In this document: positions 47,174 to 55,420 of the stretch, piece by piece
Position numbering within the stretch: the first letter of the stretch is position 1
How the letters are laid out: each line of letters begins with the position of its first letter
Source: a virus
Strand: one strand, 5' to 3'
IMG/VR virus record: IMGVR_UViG_3300043446_001478
Location: 2,604 to 66,603 of that record
DNA length: 64,000 nt
The notes under the pieces: generated by a model
Told to the model about the DNA's origin: nothing
The model's database searches: none
The model's input: the letters and a program-made list of their open reading frames with translations, nothing else
Made by a program: the position numbers and the translations under genes

Positions 47174-48183
47174 CAGTTTCTTTAGAAGATGTATTAGCAC
47201 AATTAAATCCAAAACTAAGAAAAAATATTTTAGTTGGAAATGAAGTTCCTAAAACAGAGTATGCAAAAACACCAAGTTATGGTTTAAATCGTGCTCTTAA
47301 TGGTGGCCTTCCGTACGGCAGACAGGTTCTTGTTTGGGGAAGTAAGTCAAGTGCTAAATCTTCTTTATGTCTTCAAATTATTGCAGAGGCACAAAAAGAA
47401 AACAAAGTCTGCGCTTGGATTGATGCAGAAATGTCATATGATAAAGATTGGGCAGCCAAACTTGGTGTAGATACTACAAAGTTAATTGTTTCACAGGCAA
47501 GAACCATTAATGAAATGGTTGATGTTGGAGTTCAATTAATGGAAGCAGGTGTAGACCTTATTGTTGTAGATAGTATTACTTCTTTGCTTCCAGCAATTTA
47601 TTTTGAAAAAGATTCTGATGAACTAAAGGCTTTAGAAAACACCAAACAAATTGGTGCTGAGTCAAGAGATTTTAGTAACGCATGGAAGATGATTAACTAT
47701 GCTAATAACAAGGTTAAACCAACATTGTTTATTTTAATTTCACAATCTAGAAATAATATTAATGCAATGTATACAAGCCAACAACCTACAGGTGGACAAG
47801 CAACCAAATTTTATTCATCTACAGTTGTTAAACTATTTTCATCAGAATCAGATAATCAAGCACTGAAAGGAAAAATTCATGTTGGCGACAAGGTTATTGA
47901 AGAAAAGATTGGCAGAAAAGTCAGATGGGAATTACAGTTTTCAAAAACTTCTCCTGCTTTTCAGTCTGGCGAGTATGATTTCTATTTTAGAGGTGATAAT
48001 CTTGGCGTGGATAGTGTGGGAGATCTCGTCGATACTGCTGAGTTAATGGGAATTGTAGAAAGAACTGGTGCGTGGTATTTACTTCCAGATGGTTCCAAGG
48101 TTCAGGGCAGAGAAGGATTTGTCAATAGAGTGAGAGAGGATCTTGATCTACAAGATATGATTAAGAGTAAACTTAGTGAATAA
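47170..48183 (+). CDS. recA: RecA recombinase
   Basis: L..ALNGGLPYGR, WIDAE, LIVVDS, GG.A.KFYSS, G.V.R.GAWY, QGRE. Confidence 0.9.
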   Translation: MTVSLEDVLAQLNPKLRKNILVGNEVPKTEYAKTPSYGLNRALNGGLPYGRQVLVWGSKSSAKSSLCLQIIAEAQKENKVCAWIDAEMSYDKDWAAKLGVDTTKLIVSQARTINEMVDVGVQLMEAGVDLIVVDSITSLLPAIYFEKDSDELKALENTKQIGAESRDFSNAWKMINYANNKVKPTLFILISQSRNNINAMYTSQQPTGGQATKFYSSTVVKLFSSESDNQALKGKIHVGDKVIEEKIGRKVRWELQFSKTSPAFQSGEYDFYFRGDNLGVDSVGDLVDTAELMGIVERTGAWYLLPDGSKVQGREGFVNRVREDLDLQDMIKSKLSE

Positions 48184-48367
48184 GTATACTATCTATGAAG
48201 GTAAGTTTCCTTGTAAAACTTGTCACGAAGAAGTAAAAACAATTAGATTTTATAAAGATACTGGATCAGCATCTTGGATGTGTTCGCAAAAACATTTATC
48301 ACAAGTTGAAATATGTCATATAGGATATAAAAAGAAAAAGGATTATGAGCGAGAAAAACGAAAGTAA
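48176..48367 (+). CDS. Small zinc-binding protein
   Basis: CKTC...WMC...H. Confidence 0.55.
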   Translation: MNKYTIYEGKFPCKTCHEEVKTIRFYKDTGSASWMCSQKHLSQVEICHIGYKKKKDYEREKRK

Positions 48368-48635
48368 AAGAATAGGTGCCAAGCAGCATAAAAATTCTGG
48401 TAGAAATACCAAGAAGGGCGATGCTACATGGGAAAATTTTACTGTAGATTTTAAAGAGAACTCAAAATCATTTACATTAAACCAAGATGTATGGGCTAAG
48501 GCTACTACAGACGCTATAAGAAATGGCAACGACCCAGCAATAGTTGTCGTGCTTGGCGAGGGAAATAAAAAGACTAGACTTGCTATAATAGAGTTAGAAC
48601 TACTAGAACAAATGGTGAATAATGGAACAGAATAA
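48345..48635 (+). CDS. Small PD-(D/E)xK nuclease, Holliday-junction-resolvase-like
   Basis: E...A....NSG....KGD.......VDFKE pattern. Confidence 0.6.
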   Translation: MSEKNESKRIGAKQHKNSGRNTKKGDATWENFTVDFKENSKSFTLNQDVWAKATTDAIRNGNDPAIVVVLGEGNKKTRLAIIELELLEQMVNNGTE

Positions 48636-48927
48636 AACAACACTTGAAATGATTAATGGTTTGTCAGAAATAGCAGAGTTTATGGAAGATGAGGAGTTAA
48701 CTGCAGCCCTTACTTTTATTGCTAAACTAATTATAAAGCCCGATATCCCAATGAATGTAGCAACTGTAGAAATAGTAAGGCTTCAGGCTATAGCAGCAAA
48801 AATGGCCTTTAAGGCTACATGGATGGCTAACGTGGATAAGTCAGATCGTGGCAAAAAGAATATTTACTATACCGCAGCAGAATCTATTAATAATCTTGTA
48901 TCTGCTCTAAAATATATCACTCGTTGA
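48622..48927 (+). CDS. Hypothetical helical protein
   Basis: Clean ORF in the operon. Confidence 0.55.
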   Translation: MEQNKTTLEMINGLSEIAEFMEDEELTAALTFIAKLIIKPDIPMNVATVEIVRLQAIAAKMAFKATWMANVDKSDRGKKNIYYTAAESINNLVSALKYITR

Positions 48928-48960
48928 TATCTGATATAATTATATAAACAAAGGATAATA

Positions 48961-49821
48961 ATGAAAAATTTACTAAAAGAAGTAATGATTAAAGATACAA
49001 AGAAAACAAAGGGTGCAGGCAATTCAGAAGATACAGGTTTTGTCGATGGCCTAATTGAAAAAATACAGTCAGGTTATTTAACTAAAACTAAACCTAAGTT
49101 TAGTAAGAAGACTAACTTTTCTGCTTCAGGATTAACTTATGGTGCTGGGGAATGTCCAAGATATTGGTACTTAGCATTTGATGGTGCAGTGTTTCATGAT
49201 AACTCAGATGCATATGGAGTAGCAAATAGAACTAATGGAACATTGGGTCATGAAAGAATTCAGGGTGCTATAGAAGCATCTGGCCTATTGGACCAAACTA
49301 TGGTTATGGATCCAATACCAAGAAAATATAACAAACAAACTCATCCAGCAATGGAATTTAGAGTAAGTTCAGAAAATCCTCCGTTTGATGGATACGGAGA
49401 TGTAATGTTAAATATTAATGATGAAAGAGTTATAGGAGAAATTAAAACTATAACTAATGAAGGTTTTGAATATAAAAAGAATAGCCGAAAGCCTAAGATG
49501 GGTCATCTTATGCAGTTATTAATTTATATGGATGTATGGAATATTGATAAAGGTGTAATGATTTATGAAAATAAAAATAATCATGAGTTATTAACTTTAC
49601 CAATTGTTATGAACAATCATTACCGTCGGTGGGTAGACCAGGCATTTGATTGGATGAGAGAGGTATATGCAAATTGGAAAAAGCAGGAGTTGCCACAAAA
49701 ACCCTATAGATCCAATTCTAAAATATGCAAAGTTTGTCCAATTCAAAAAGCATGTGCTGAAGCAGAGACAGGGGTAATTAAACTTAAACCTCTGGAGTTG
49801 CTGGAAGATGAAAAATTGTAA
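48961..49821 (+). CDS. Cas4-like PD-(D/E)xK exonuclease with four Fe-S cysteines
   Basis: S.S....CPR..Y, GT.GH..IQ, G..D, EIKT, QL..Y, CKVCP...AC; promoter TGATATAAT 48932-40. Confidence 0.82.
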   Translation: MKNLLKEVMIKDTKKTKGAGNSEDTGFVDGLIEKIQSGYLTKTKPKFSKKTNFSASGLTYGAGECPRYWYLAFDGAVFHDNSDAYGVANRTNGTLGHERIQGAIEASGLLDQTMVMDPIPRKYNKQTHPAMEFRVSSENPPFDGYGDVMLNINDERVIGEIKTITNEGFEYKKNSRKPKMGHLMQLLIYMDVWNIDKGVMIYENKNNHELLTLPIVMNNHYRRWVDQAFDWMREVYANWKKQELPQKPYRSNSKICKVCPIQKACAEAETGVIKLKPLELLEDEKL

Positions 49822-50098
49822 ATGGTGCGATAAAAATTTTGATTCCAATATTTCTTATCAAATATATTGTTCAGAACAATGCAGAGAAGAAGCAACCAAA
49901 GAAAAAATAGCACAAAGGTATATTCAGTCTAGAAGACAAAAGCGAAAGGGCAAAAATAGGTTATGCAAACAGTGTGGAGAAAAGTTATCTATTTATAATG
50001 ATGAGCCATTGTGCAACCAATGTAACATTAATCCAAATGATGTTAAAAAGGCTTTAAAACAAATTAAAGGAATGACAAATGATAAACGCAAAAAATAA
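49808..50098 (+). CDS. Cys-rich zinc-finger protein
   Basis: CKWC, YCS..C, CKQC, CNQC. Confidence 0.65.
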   Translation: MKNCKWCDKNFDSNISYQIYCSEQCREEATKEKIAQRYIQSRRQKRKGKNRLCKQCGEKLSIYNDEPLCNQCNINPNDVKKALKQIKGMTNDKRKK

Positions 50099-50651
50099 AC
50101 CATCGGTTATCTGTGCTATCGATGCAAGCACAAATAGTTTGGCATTTGCTTTATTTGATACAACACAAAATAACTTAGGGGTTACTGGAAAAATTAATTT
50201 TGAAGGTAAAGATGTTTATGAAAAAGTCATGGATGCTGGTAAAAAGGTAAAAGCATTTCTTGATTACTATGGTGGGTTTGAGGCAATAGTAATTGAACAT
50301 ACTGTATTTATGAATAGTCCAAAGACTGCTGCAGATCTTGCTTTGGTTCAGGGAGCAATCCTTGGCGCAGCAGGACAGGCGGGTACAAAGATTATAGGTA
50401 AAGTATCTCCAATAACATGGCAGTCATACTTGGGAAATAAAAAACTAACTAAAGAAGAACAGTTAGCAATTAGGGCTAAGAACCCTGGGAAATCTTTATC
50501 TTGGTATAAAACCTATGAGCGTAACTTTAGAAAAGAAAGAACCATGAGATTAATCGATGTTGTTTACAGCAGACAGATCGGAGATAATGATGTTGCAGAT
50601 GCCTGCGGTATTGGACATTGGGCTATCAATAATTGGGATAAAGCGGTTTGA
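50079..50651 (+). CDS. RuvC-like Holliday junction resolvase
   Basis: AIDAST...A.A, IVIE, L..VQGA, P..W...LG, D.ADA..I RNase H-fold motifs. Confidence 0.82.
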   Translation: MINAKNKPSVICAIDASTNSLAFALFDTTQNNLGVTGKINFEGKDVYEKVMDAGKKVKAFLDYYGGFEAIVIEHTVFMNSPKTAADLALVQGAILGAAGQAGTKIIGKVSPITWQSYLGNKKLTKEEQLAIRAKNPGKSLSWYKTYERNFRKERTMRLIDVVYSRQIGDNDVADACGIGHWAINNWDKAV

Positions 50652-50662
50652 CAGGAGAGACT

Positions 50663-50824
50663 ATGGCTGCTAAACTATATACAAATGAACTATGGCTTAA
50701 GAAAAGATTTCATATTGATAAGAAATCTCCTGAAGCAATAGCAAAGGAGTGTGGAGTTACTGTGGAAACTATCTATGTATATCTTGCTAAATTTGGATTA
50801 AGGAAGTCAAACAGAAATGCGTAA
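50663..50824 (+). CDS. 53-aa helix-turn-helix protein (below ORF track cutoff)
   Basis: Own translation MAAKLYTNELWLKKRFHIDKKSPEAIAKECGVTVETIYVYLAKFGLRKSNRNA; AGGAG RBS; IAKECGVT..TIY..L HTH. Confidence 0.8.
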   Translation: MAAKLYTNELWLKKRFHIDKKSPEAIAKECGVTVETIYVYLAKFGLRKSNRNA

Positions 50825-50834
50825 TGAAATAACA

Positions 50835-51488
50835 ATGAAAACAAAAACTAAAAAAAATATTTTTAATCAAAAAAATGAAGAAGTTTTTGTTCCAGTATGG
50901 ACACCAGACGATTTTTTAATCAACGATCACAGTACTCCATTTGCTGCAATAGCAGCATATAAATTTAATGGCGATTTAAAAAATGGTACATACATAGAAA
51001 TCGGTGCTGGTCATTATAAACATCAAAACAACACATACCTGTTAGAAACAGAACATGCATGGAAGGGTGTGTCTATAGATATATCAGATATATTAACAAA
51101 TGATTTTAATTCTAATAGAATAAATCCATGCATAATGAGTGATGCTATAACCTTTGATTGGTCTAAGTATTTAATTGAAAATAATTTTCCAGCAGTTATT
51201 GATTTCCTTTCTATTGATATTGATTTTGAAACACATGAGTCTGCAAATTTATTAGCATTAATTAATTTACCACTAACTCAATATAAATTTAATATTATAT
51301 CAATAGAGCATATGGCTTCAATGTTTTATAAATTTAAAAAATTAAGGGATATACAAAGAGATATTTTAACAATGCTGGGATATCATTTATTGATTCCTGG
51401 AAAAAATGAAGACCTTTGGACAATTCAAGAACCCAATAGTGCAAATGGATTTGACCACATTTCAGGCATGTTTGGTATAGGAGTATAA
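50835..51488 (+). CDS. FkbM-like methyltransferase (paralog of 6028..6642)
   Basis: GTYIEIGA.H....NNTY.LE....W.GVS.D...NNFP..IDFL.IDID...ISIEH...EDLW; start 50817 or 50835 uncertain. Confidence 0.68.
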   Translation: MKTKTKKNIFNQKNEEVFVPVWTPDDFLINDHSTPFAAIAAYKFNGDLKNGTYIEIGAGHYKHQNNTYLLETEHAWKGVSIDISDILTNDFNSNRINPCIMSDAITFDWSKYLIENNFPAVIDFLSIDIDFETHESANLLALINLPLTQYKFNIISIEHMASMFYKFKKLRDIQRDILTMLGYHLLIPGKNEDLWTIQEPNSANGFDHISGMFGIGV

Positions 51489-51489
51489 A

Positions 51490-51849
51490 ATGCTAAAACC
51501 AGTATTTGAAGATATAAAACATTTTAGTTGTCAGGATTTATATTTATTGACTGTAGGAACATCTGCAGGTGGAGAAATATACCAATCTTGTCATGAAATT
51601 GCACATATGCTTATTAAAAAAAATATTGCTTATGGAAATTCTGCACTTGAGCCAGTTCGTATTTTTAGCAAAGCAGATGCAAGAGAACAACTTCATGTTC
51701 GTATTGATGATAAATTAAGTAGAATTATGCGTGGAACATCATATATTGGAGACAATGATATTGATGATCTTATAGGATATTTAGTATTATTAAAGATAGC
51801 AAAAGCAAAAGAACTTGCCGATAAAGAGGAGTCTGGCCTTGTCGACTGA
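51490..51849 (+). CDS. Nucleotide-modification-associated domain 1 (DUF1599-like) protein
   Basis: KKN.AYG.S......R.DDKL.RI......DL.GY.VL. Confidence 0.7.
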   Translation: MLKPVFEDIKHFSCQDLYLLTVGTSAGGEIYQSCHEIAHMLIKKNIAYGNSALEPVRIFSKADAREQLHVRIDDKLSRIMRGTSYIGDNDIDDLIGYLVLLKIAKAKELADKEESGLVD

Positions 51850-52372
51850 AGAAGATTTAATTAAGCATCTAGATGAGATTAACACGGTTGTTGGAGAATA
51901 CCTAAAAGGTAATGATGCAACTAAAATTTCTAAAGATCTTGCTATTCCAAGAACTCGTGTAGTTCAACATATCAATGAGTGGAAGGTTATGGCTTCTGCT
52001 AATGATGCAATTCGTGCTCGTGCAAAAGAAGCACTTGCAGTTGCTGACACACATTACAATAAACTTATTAGTAAATCATATGAAGTTATTGATGAAGCAT
52101 CAATGACAAATAATCTAAGTGCAAAAACGGCAGCAATCAAACTTGTTATGGACATTGAGTCTAAGAGAATTGATATGTTACAAAAAGCAGGGCTTCTTGA
52201 AAACAAAGAACTTGCAGAAGAAATGCTACAGATAGAAAAGAAACAAGAAGTTTTAATGGCAATTCTTCGAGATATAGCATCAGAACATCCAGAGATTCGT
52301 GATGAGATTATGCGTAGACTTTCTGATATTGCTAAAAAGGATGAAGTGATTACAATTGTCCATGAAGTTTGA
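51839..52372 (+). CDS. Terminase small subunit, putative
   Basis: N-terminal HTH (YLKG.....I.K.L.I....V), helical body, directly upstream of and overlapping the large subunit; TTG after GAGGAG. Confidence 0.65.
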   Translation: MSTEEDLIKHLDEINTVVGEYLKGNDATKISKDLAIPRTRVVQHINEWKVMASANDAIRARAKEALAVADTHYNKLISKSYEVIDEASMTNNLSAKTAAIKLVMDIESKRIDMLQKAGLLENKELAEEMLQIEKKQEVLMAILRDIASEHPEIRDEIMRRLSDIAKKDEVITIVHEV

Positions 52373-54140
52373 TGATTTTCTTGAGGCTCTTGCCGATAAT
52401 CACTTTGAAGAAACCCCAGTAGACGCTAAGACATTTGTCGAGTCTCCAGATTATTTGGGGCAGCCTGGATTATCAGATATTCAATATGACATTGTTGAAG
52501 CAATGAGTCAGATATATAGAAAAGAAGATCTTCAAATAATAATGGGAGAAGAGGAAGGCGCAAGATATTTTGAAAAATTTACTAAGAATGAAATTATCCT
52601 CCAATTGGGCAAGGGTAGTGGAAAAGATTTTACTTCTACTGTTGCTTGTGCTTACATTGTGTATAAGTTATTATGCCTTAAGGACCCAGCAAAATATTTC
52701 GGTAAACCCAGTGGCGATGCCATAGATCTTATCAATGTTGCTATTAACGCACAGCAAGCAAAAAATGTTTTCTTTAAAGGTTTTAAATCAAAGATCGAAA
52801 GATCCCCATGGTTTGCTGGTAAGTATGAGGCAAAGGTAGACTCTATTAGTTTTGAGAAGTCTGTAACTGTTTACTCTGGTCACTCAGAAAGAGAATCACA
52901 TGAGGGACTTAATCTTTTGCTTGCAGTTCTTGATGAGATTTCAGGTTTTGCGTCTGAGGTAGCAACAGGTAATGAGCAGGGTAAAACAGCAGATAATATC
53001 TATAAGGCTTTCCGTGGATCAGTTGATTCCCGTTTCCCAGATCTTGGAAAGGTAGTTCTTCTTTCTTTCCCAAGATACAATGGTGACTTTATTTCTGAGC
53101 GGTATGAAGCAGTAATTGCTGAAAAAGAAACAGTATCAAAGACACATAGATTTATTATTAATCCATTATTACCTGAAGATGATAAGGATAATTGGTTTGA
53201 TATTGCTTGGGATGAAGACCATATCAAATCTTATAAATACCCTGGAGTATTTGCAATTAAAAGACCTACATGGGAAGTAAATCCAACTCGTAAAATTGAT
53301 GATTTTAAGATTGCATTTATGACAGACCTTGGTGATGCTATGATGCGTTTCGCTTGTGTTCCTACATATGCTTCTGATGCATTTTTTAAGCAGGCAGATA
53401 AAGTAAGAGCATGTATGAGTATTAGGAATCCACTGGATAATTTCAGAAGATTTGAAGAAAATTTTAAGCCAGATCCAGAAAAGGTTTATTATGTGCATGC
53501 TGACCTTGCACAAAAACATGACAAGTGTGCAGTAGCAATTGCACATGTTGAGAAATGGGTTAATGTTCAGGTAATTAAAGATTATGAACAGATCTCTCCA
53601 GTAGTGGTTGTAGATGCTGTTGCTTGGTGGGAGCCAAAGGTAGAGGGTCCAGTAAATCTATCTGAGGTAAAGCAATGGATCCAAAATCTACGCAGACTTG
53701 GTTTTAATATTGGTTTAGTTACATTTGACCGTTGGCAATCATTTGATATTCAAAATGAATTGCAGGCTGTAGGAATGAGAACAGAGACCGTATCTGTAGC
53801 AAAGAAACACTATGAGGATATGGCAATGCTTGTATATGAAGAAAGACTTGCTATGCCTGCTATCGAACTTTTATTTGAAGAATTAACAGAACTCAAAATT
53901 ATGAAAAATGATAAAGTTGACCACCCACGCAAAAAATCTAAGGACCTTGCAGATGCCGTGTGTGGATCTATTTTTGGTGCTATCTCATATACTCCAAGAG
54001 ATCAAAACCTTGAAGTTGAAATACATACTTTTAGGGATAAACCTAAGCGGGTTGACAACCTCCCAGAGAATGTGATACACTATAAACCTAAACAAATAGA
54101 AGAAATAAATGACTATTTGGATAGATTAAAAACAATATAA
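52362..54140 (+). CDS. terL: Terminase large subunit
   Basis: Walker A GKGSGKD, A.N..QA, Walker B AVLDE, LSFP coupling motif, RNase H-like HADLA, TFD.WQS, DHP...SKDLADA. Confidence 0.92.
   Translation: MKFDDFLEALADNHFEETPVDAKTFVESPDYLGQPGLSDIQYDIVEAMSQIYRKEDLQIIMGEEEGARYFEKFTKNEIILQLGKGSGKDFTSTVACAYIVYKLLCLKDPAKYFGKPSGDAIDLINVAINAQQAKNVFFKGFKSKIERSPWFAGKYEAKVDSISFEKSVTVYSGHSERESHEGLNLLLAVLDEISGFASEVATGNEQGKTADNIYKAFRGSVDSRFPDLGKVVLLSFPRYNGDFISERYEAVIAEKETVSKTHRFIINPLLPEDDKDNWFDIAWDEDHIKSYKYPGVFAIKRPTWEVNPTRKIDDFKIAFMTDLGDAMMRFACVPTYASDAFFKQADKVRACMSIRNPLDNFRRFEENFKPDPEKVYYVHADLAQKHDKCAVAIAHVEKWVNVQVIKDYEQISPVVVVDAVAWWEPKVEGPVNLSEVKQWIQNLRRLGFNIGLVTFDRWQSFDIQNELQAVGMRTETVSVAKKHYEDMAMLVYEERLAMPAIELLFEELTELKIMKNDKVDHPRKKSKDLADAVCGSIFGAISYTPRDQNLEVEIHTFRDKPKRVDNLPENVIHYKPKQIEEINDYLDRLKTI
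54052..54081 (+). promoter_or_regulatory. Promoter within terminase 3' end for the secreted-protein gene
   Basis: TTGACA 54052-57, 18 nt, TACACT 54076-81 with TG extension. Confidence 0.55.
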
Positions 54141-54163
54141 ACAGAATGAATAAAAGGAGAAAA

Positions 54164-55318
54164 ATGAATTCATTTAAGAAGATCGCTCTCGCCATGGTTG
54201 CAGCCATGACACTGGGCACACTTGGAGTAGCAACTGCAAATGCTGCCCCCATGTCAGTCGCTTTGACTGTTAATGGTTCCGCCCCTGCGACAGCAGGAAC
54301 AGCAACAACAACTGCAATCGAACTTCCAGTTCCTGCAGATAATTCGGTAGATGCTGCCGATGCTCTTAAGTTTGTTGTAACTGCAGATACTGGAACAACA
54401 GTAACTGCCTCTGCAACAAATGCAACTATTGTTTCAGCACTTGCAACTGCTGCTGCTCCAGTAACTGCCTCAAGCGGTTCTGCGACAACATCTATTGCAA
54501 CTGGAACAGGAACAACTGCAACGTTCTATGTATATACTAAAACGACTGCCGTTGGAACAATTTCAATTACAAACCAAGGTGAAACTAAGGTTTATTATGT
54601 TCAGGGAGCAGTCGGTAAGATCAATACACTTTCCGTATCTGGTCTTGAGGTTGGCGCTTCTGGAACACAAGTAACTCTTACAGTTACTGCAACAGACGTA
54701 TTTGGAAACAAGGTTTCTGGAAAGTCTATTACTGCTGTAGTTGCTAACGGTACACTTGATACCACAACTGCAAATACTGGTACTGGTCTTACTGATTTTG
54801 GTACTCGTGATTTTAAAGTTACAATGCCAACTACTGGTTCGGCTGCTGTAATTTTCTCAGTAACAAACTCATCTGATCTTGCAACTGCTGTAACTGGTTT
54901 TAACACCGTTACATCATCTGTTGCAAAGAACATTGCCGTTCGTGACCTTGCTGCAGAATTAGCAACTGCTCAAGCATCGCTTGCTGCTGAAAAGGCTGCT
55001 CGTGCTGCTGATGCAACTGCTGCTGCATCTGCTGCTGCTTCTGCTAAGGCTACTACTGATGCTGCTGCTGCTAAGGCTGCTGCTGATTTGGTAACTGCTA
55101 ATGCAGAGATTGCTAAGTTAAAGGCTGATGCTGTAATCGCTAAGGTTGCTTCTGATAAGGCTCTTGCTGATGCACAGGCTGCTGCTAAGGCAGAACTTGA
55201 TTCTGTAAAGGCTGCAAATGCAAAGGCTATTGCTGATATTAAGACTGCTTATAATGACTTGATTAAGTCTATTAAGAAGGCTTATCCAAAGGCAAAGTTG
55301 CCTGCACCACTTAAGTAA
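54164..55318 (+). CDS. Secreted Ala/Thr-rich protein with Ig-like domains and C-terminal Ala/Lys coiled coil
   Basis: Sec signal MNSFKKIALAMVAAMTLGTLGVATANA; TVTATDVFGN.VSG Big-domain motif; AAGGAG RBS; highly biased codons; terminator follows. Confidence 0.75.
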   Translation: MNSFKKIALAMVAAMTLGTLGVATANAAPMSVALTVNGSAPATAGTATTTAIELPVPADNSVDAADALKFVVTADTGTTVTASATNATIVSALATAAAPVTASSGSATTSIATGTGTTATFYVYTKTTAVGTISITNQGETKVYYVQGAVGKINTLSVSGLEVGASGTQVTLTVTATDVFGNKVSGKSITAVVANGTLDTTTANTGTGLTDFGTRDFKVTMPTTGSAAVIFSVTNSSDLATAVTGFNTVTSSVAKNIAVRDLAAELATAQASLAAEKAARAADATAAASAAASAKATTDAAAAKAAADLVTANAEIAKLKADAVIAKVASDKALADAQAAAKAELDSVKAANAKAIADIKTAYNDLIKSIKKAYPKAKLPAPLK

Positions 55319-55338
55319 TTAAATTACTTTCTAAGATC

Positions 55339-55372
55339 AGAGCGGAGATTTATTCTCCGCTCTTTTCTTTTT
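55339..55372 (+). terminator. Rho-independent terminator
   Basis: AGAGCGGAGA-TTTAT-TCTCCGCTCT perfect 10-bp stem then TTTCTTTTT. Confidence 0.88.
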
Positions 55373-55420
55373 AAATAAAATGTTATAATAACCTTACTAT
55401 AACTGGAGGAAGAAAGGAAA

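Noticed and set aside
48961-49821. Cas4-like gene as evidence of a CRISPR-Cas system
   Set aside because: No repeat-spacer array or other cas genes seen; solo Cas4-like nucleases are common in phage recombination modules.
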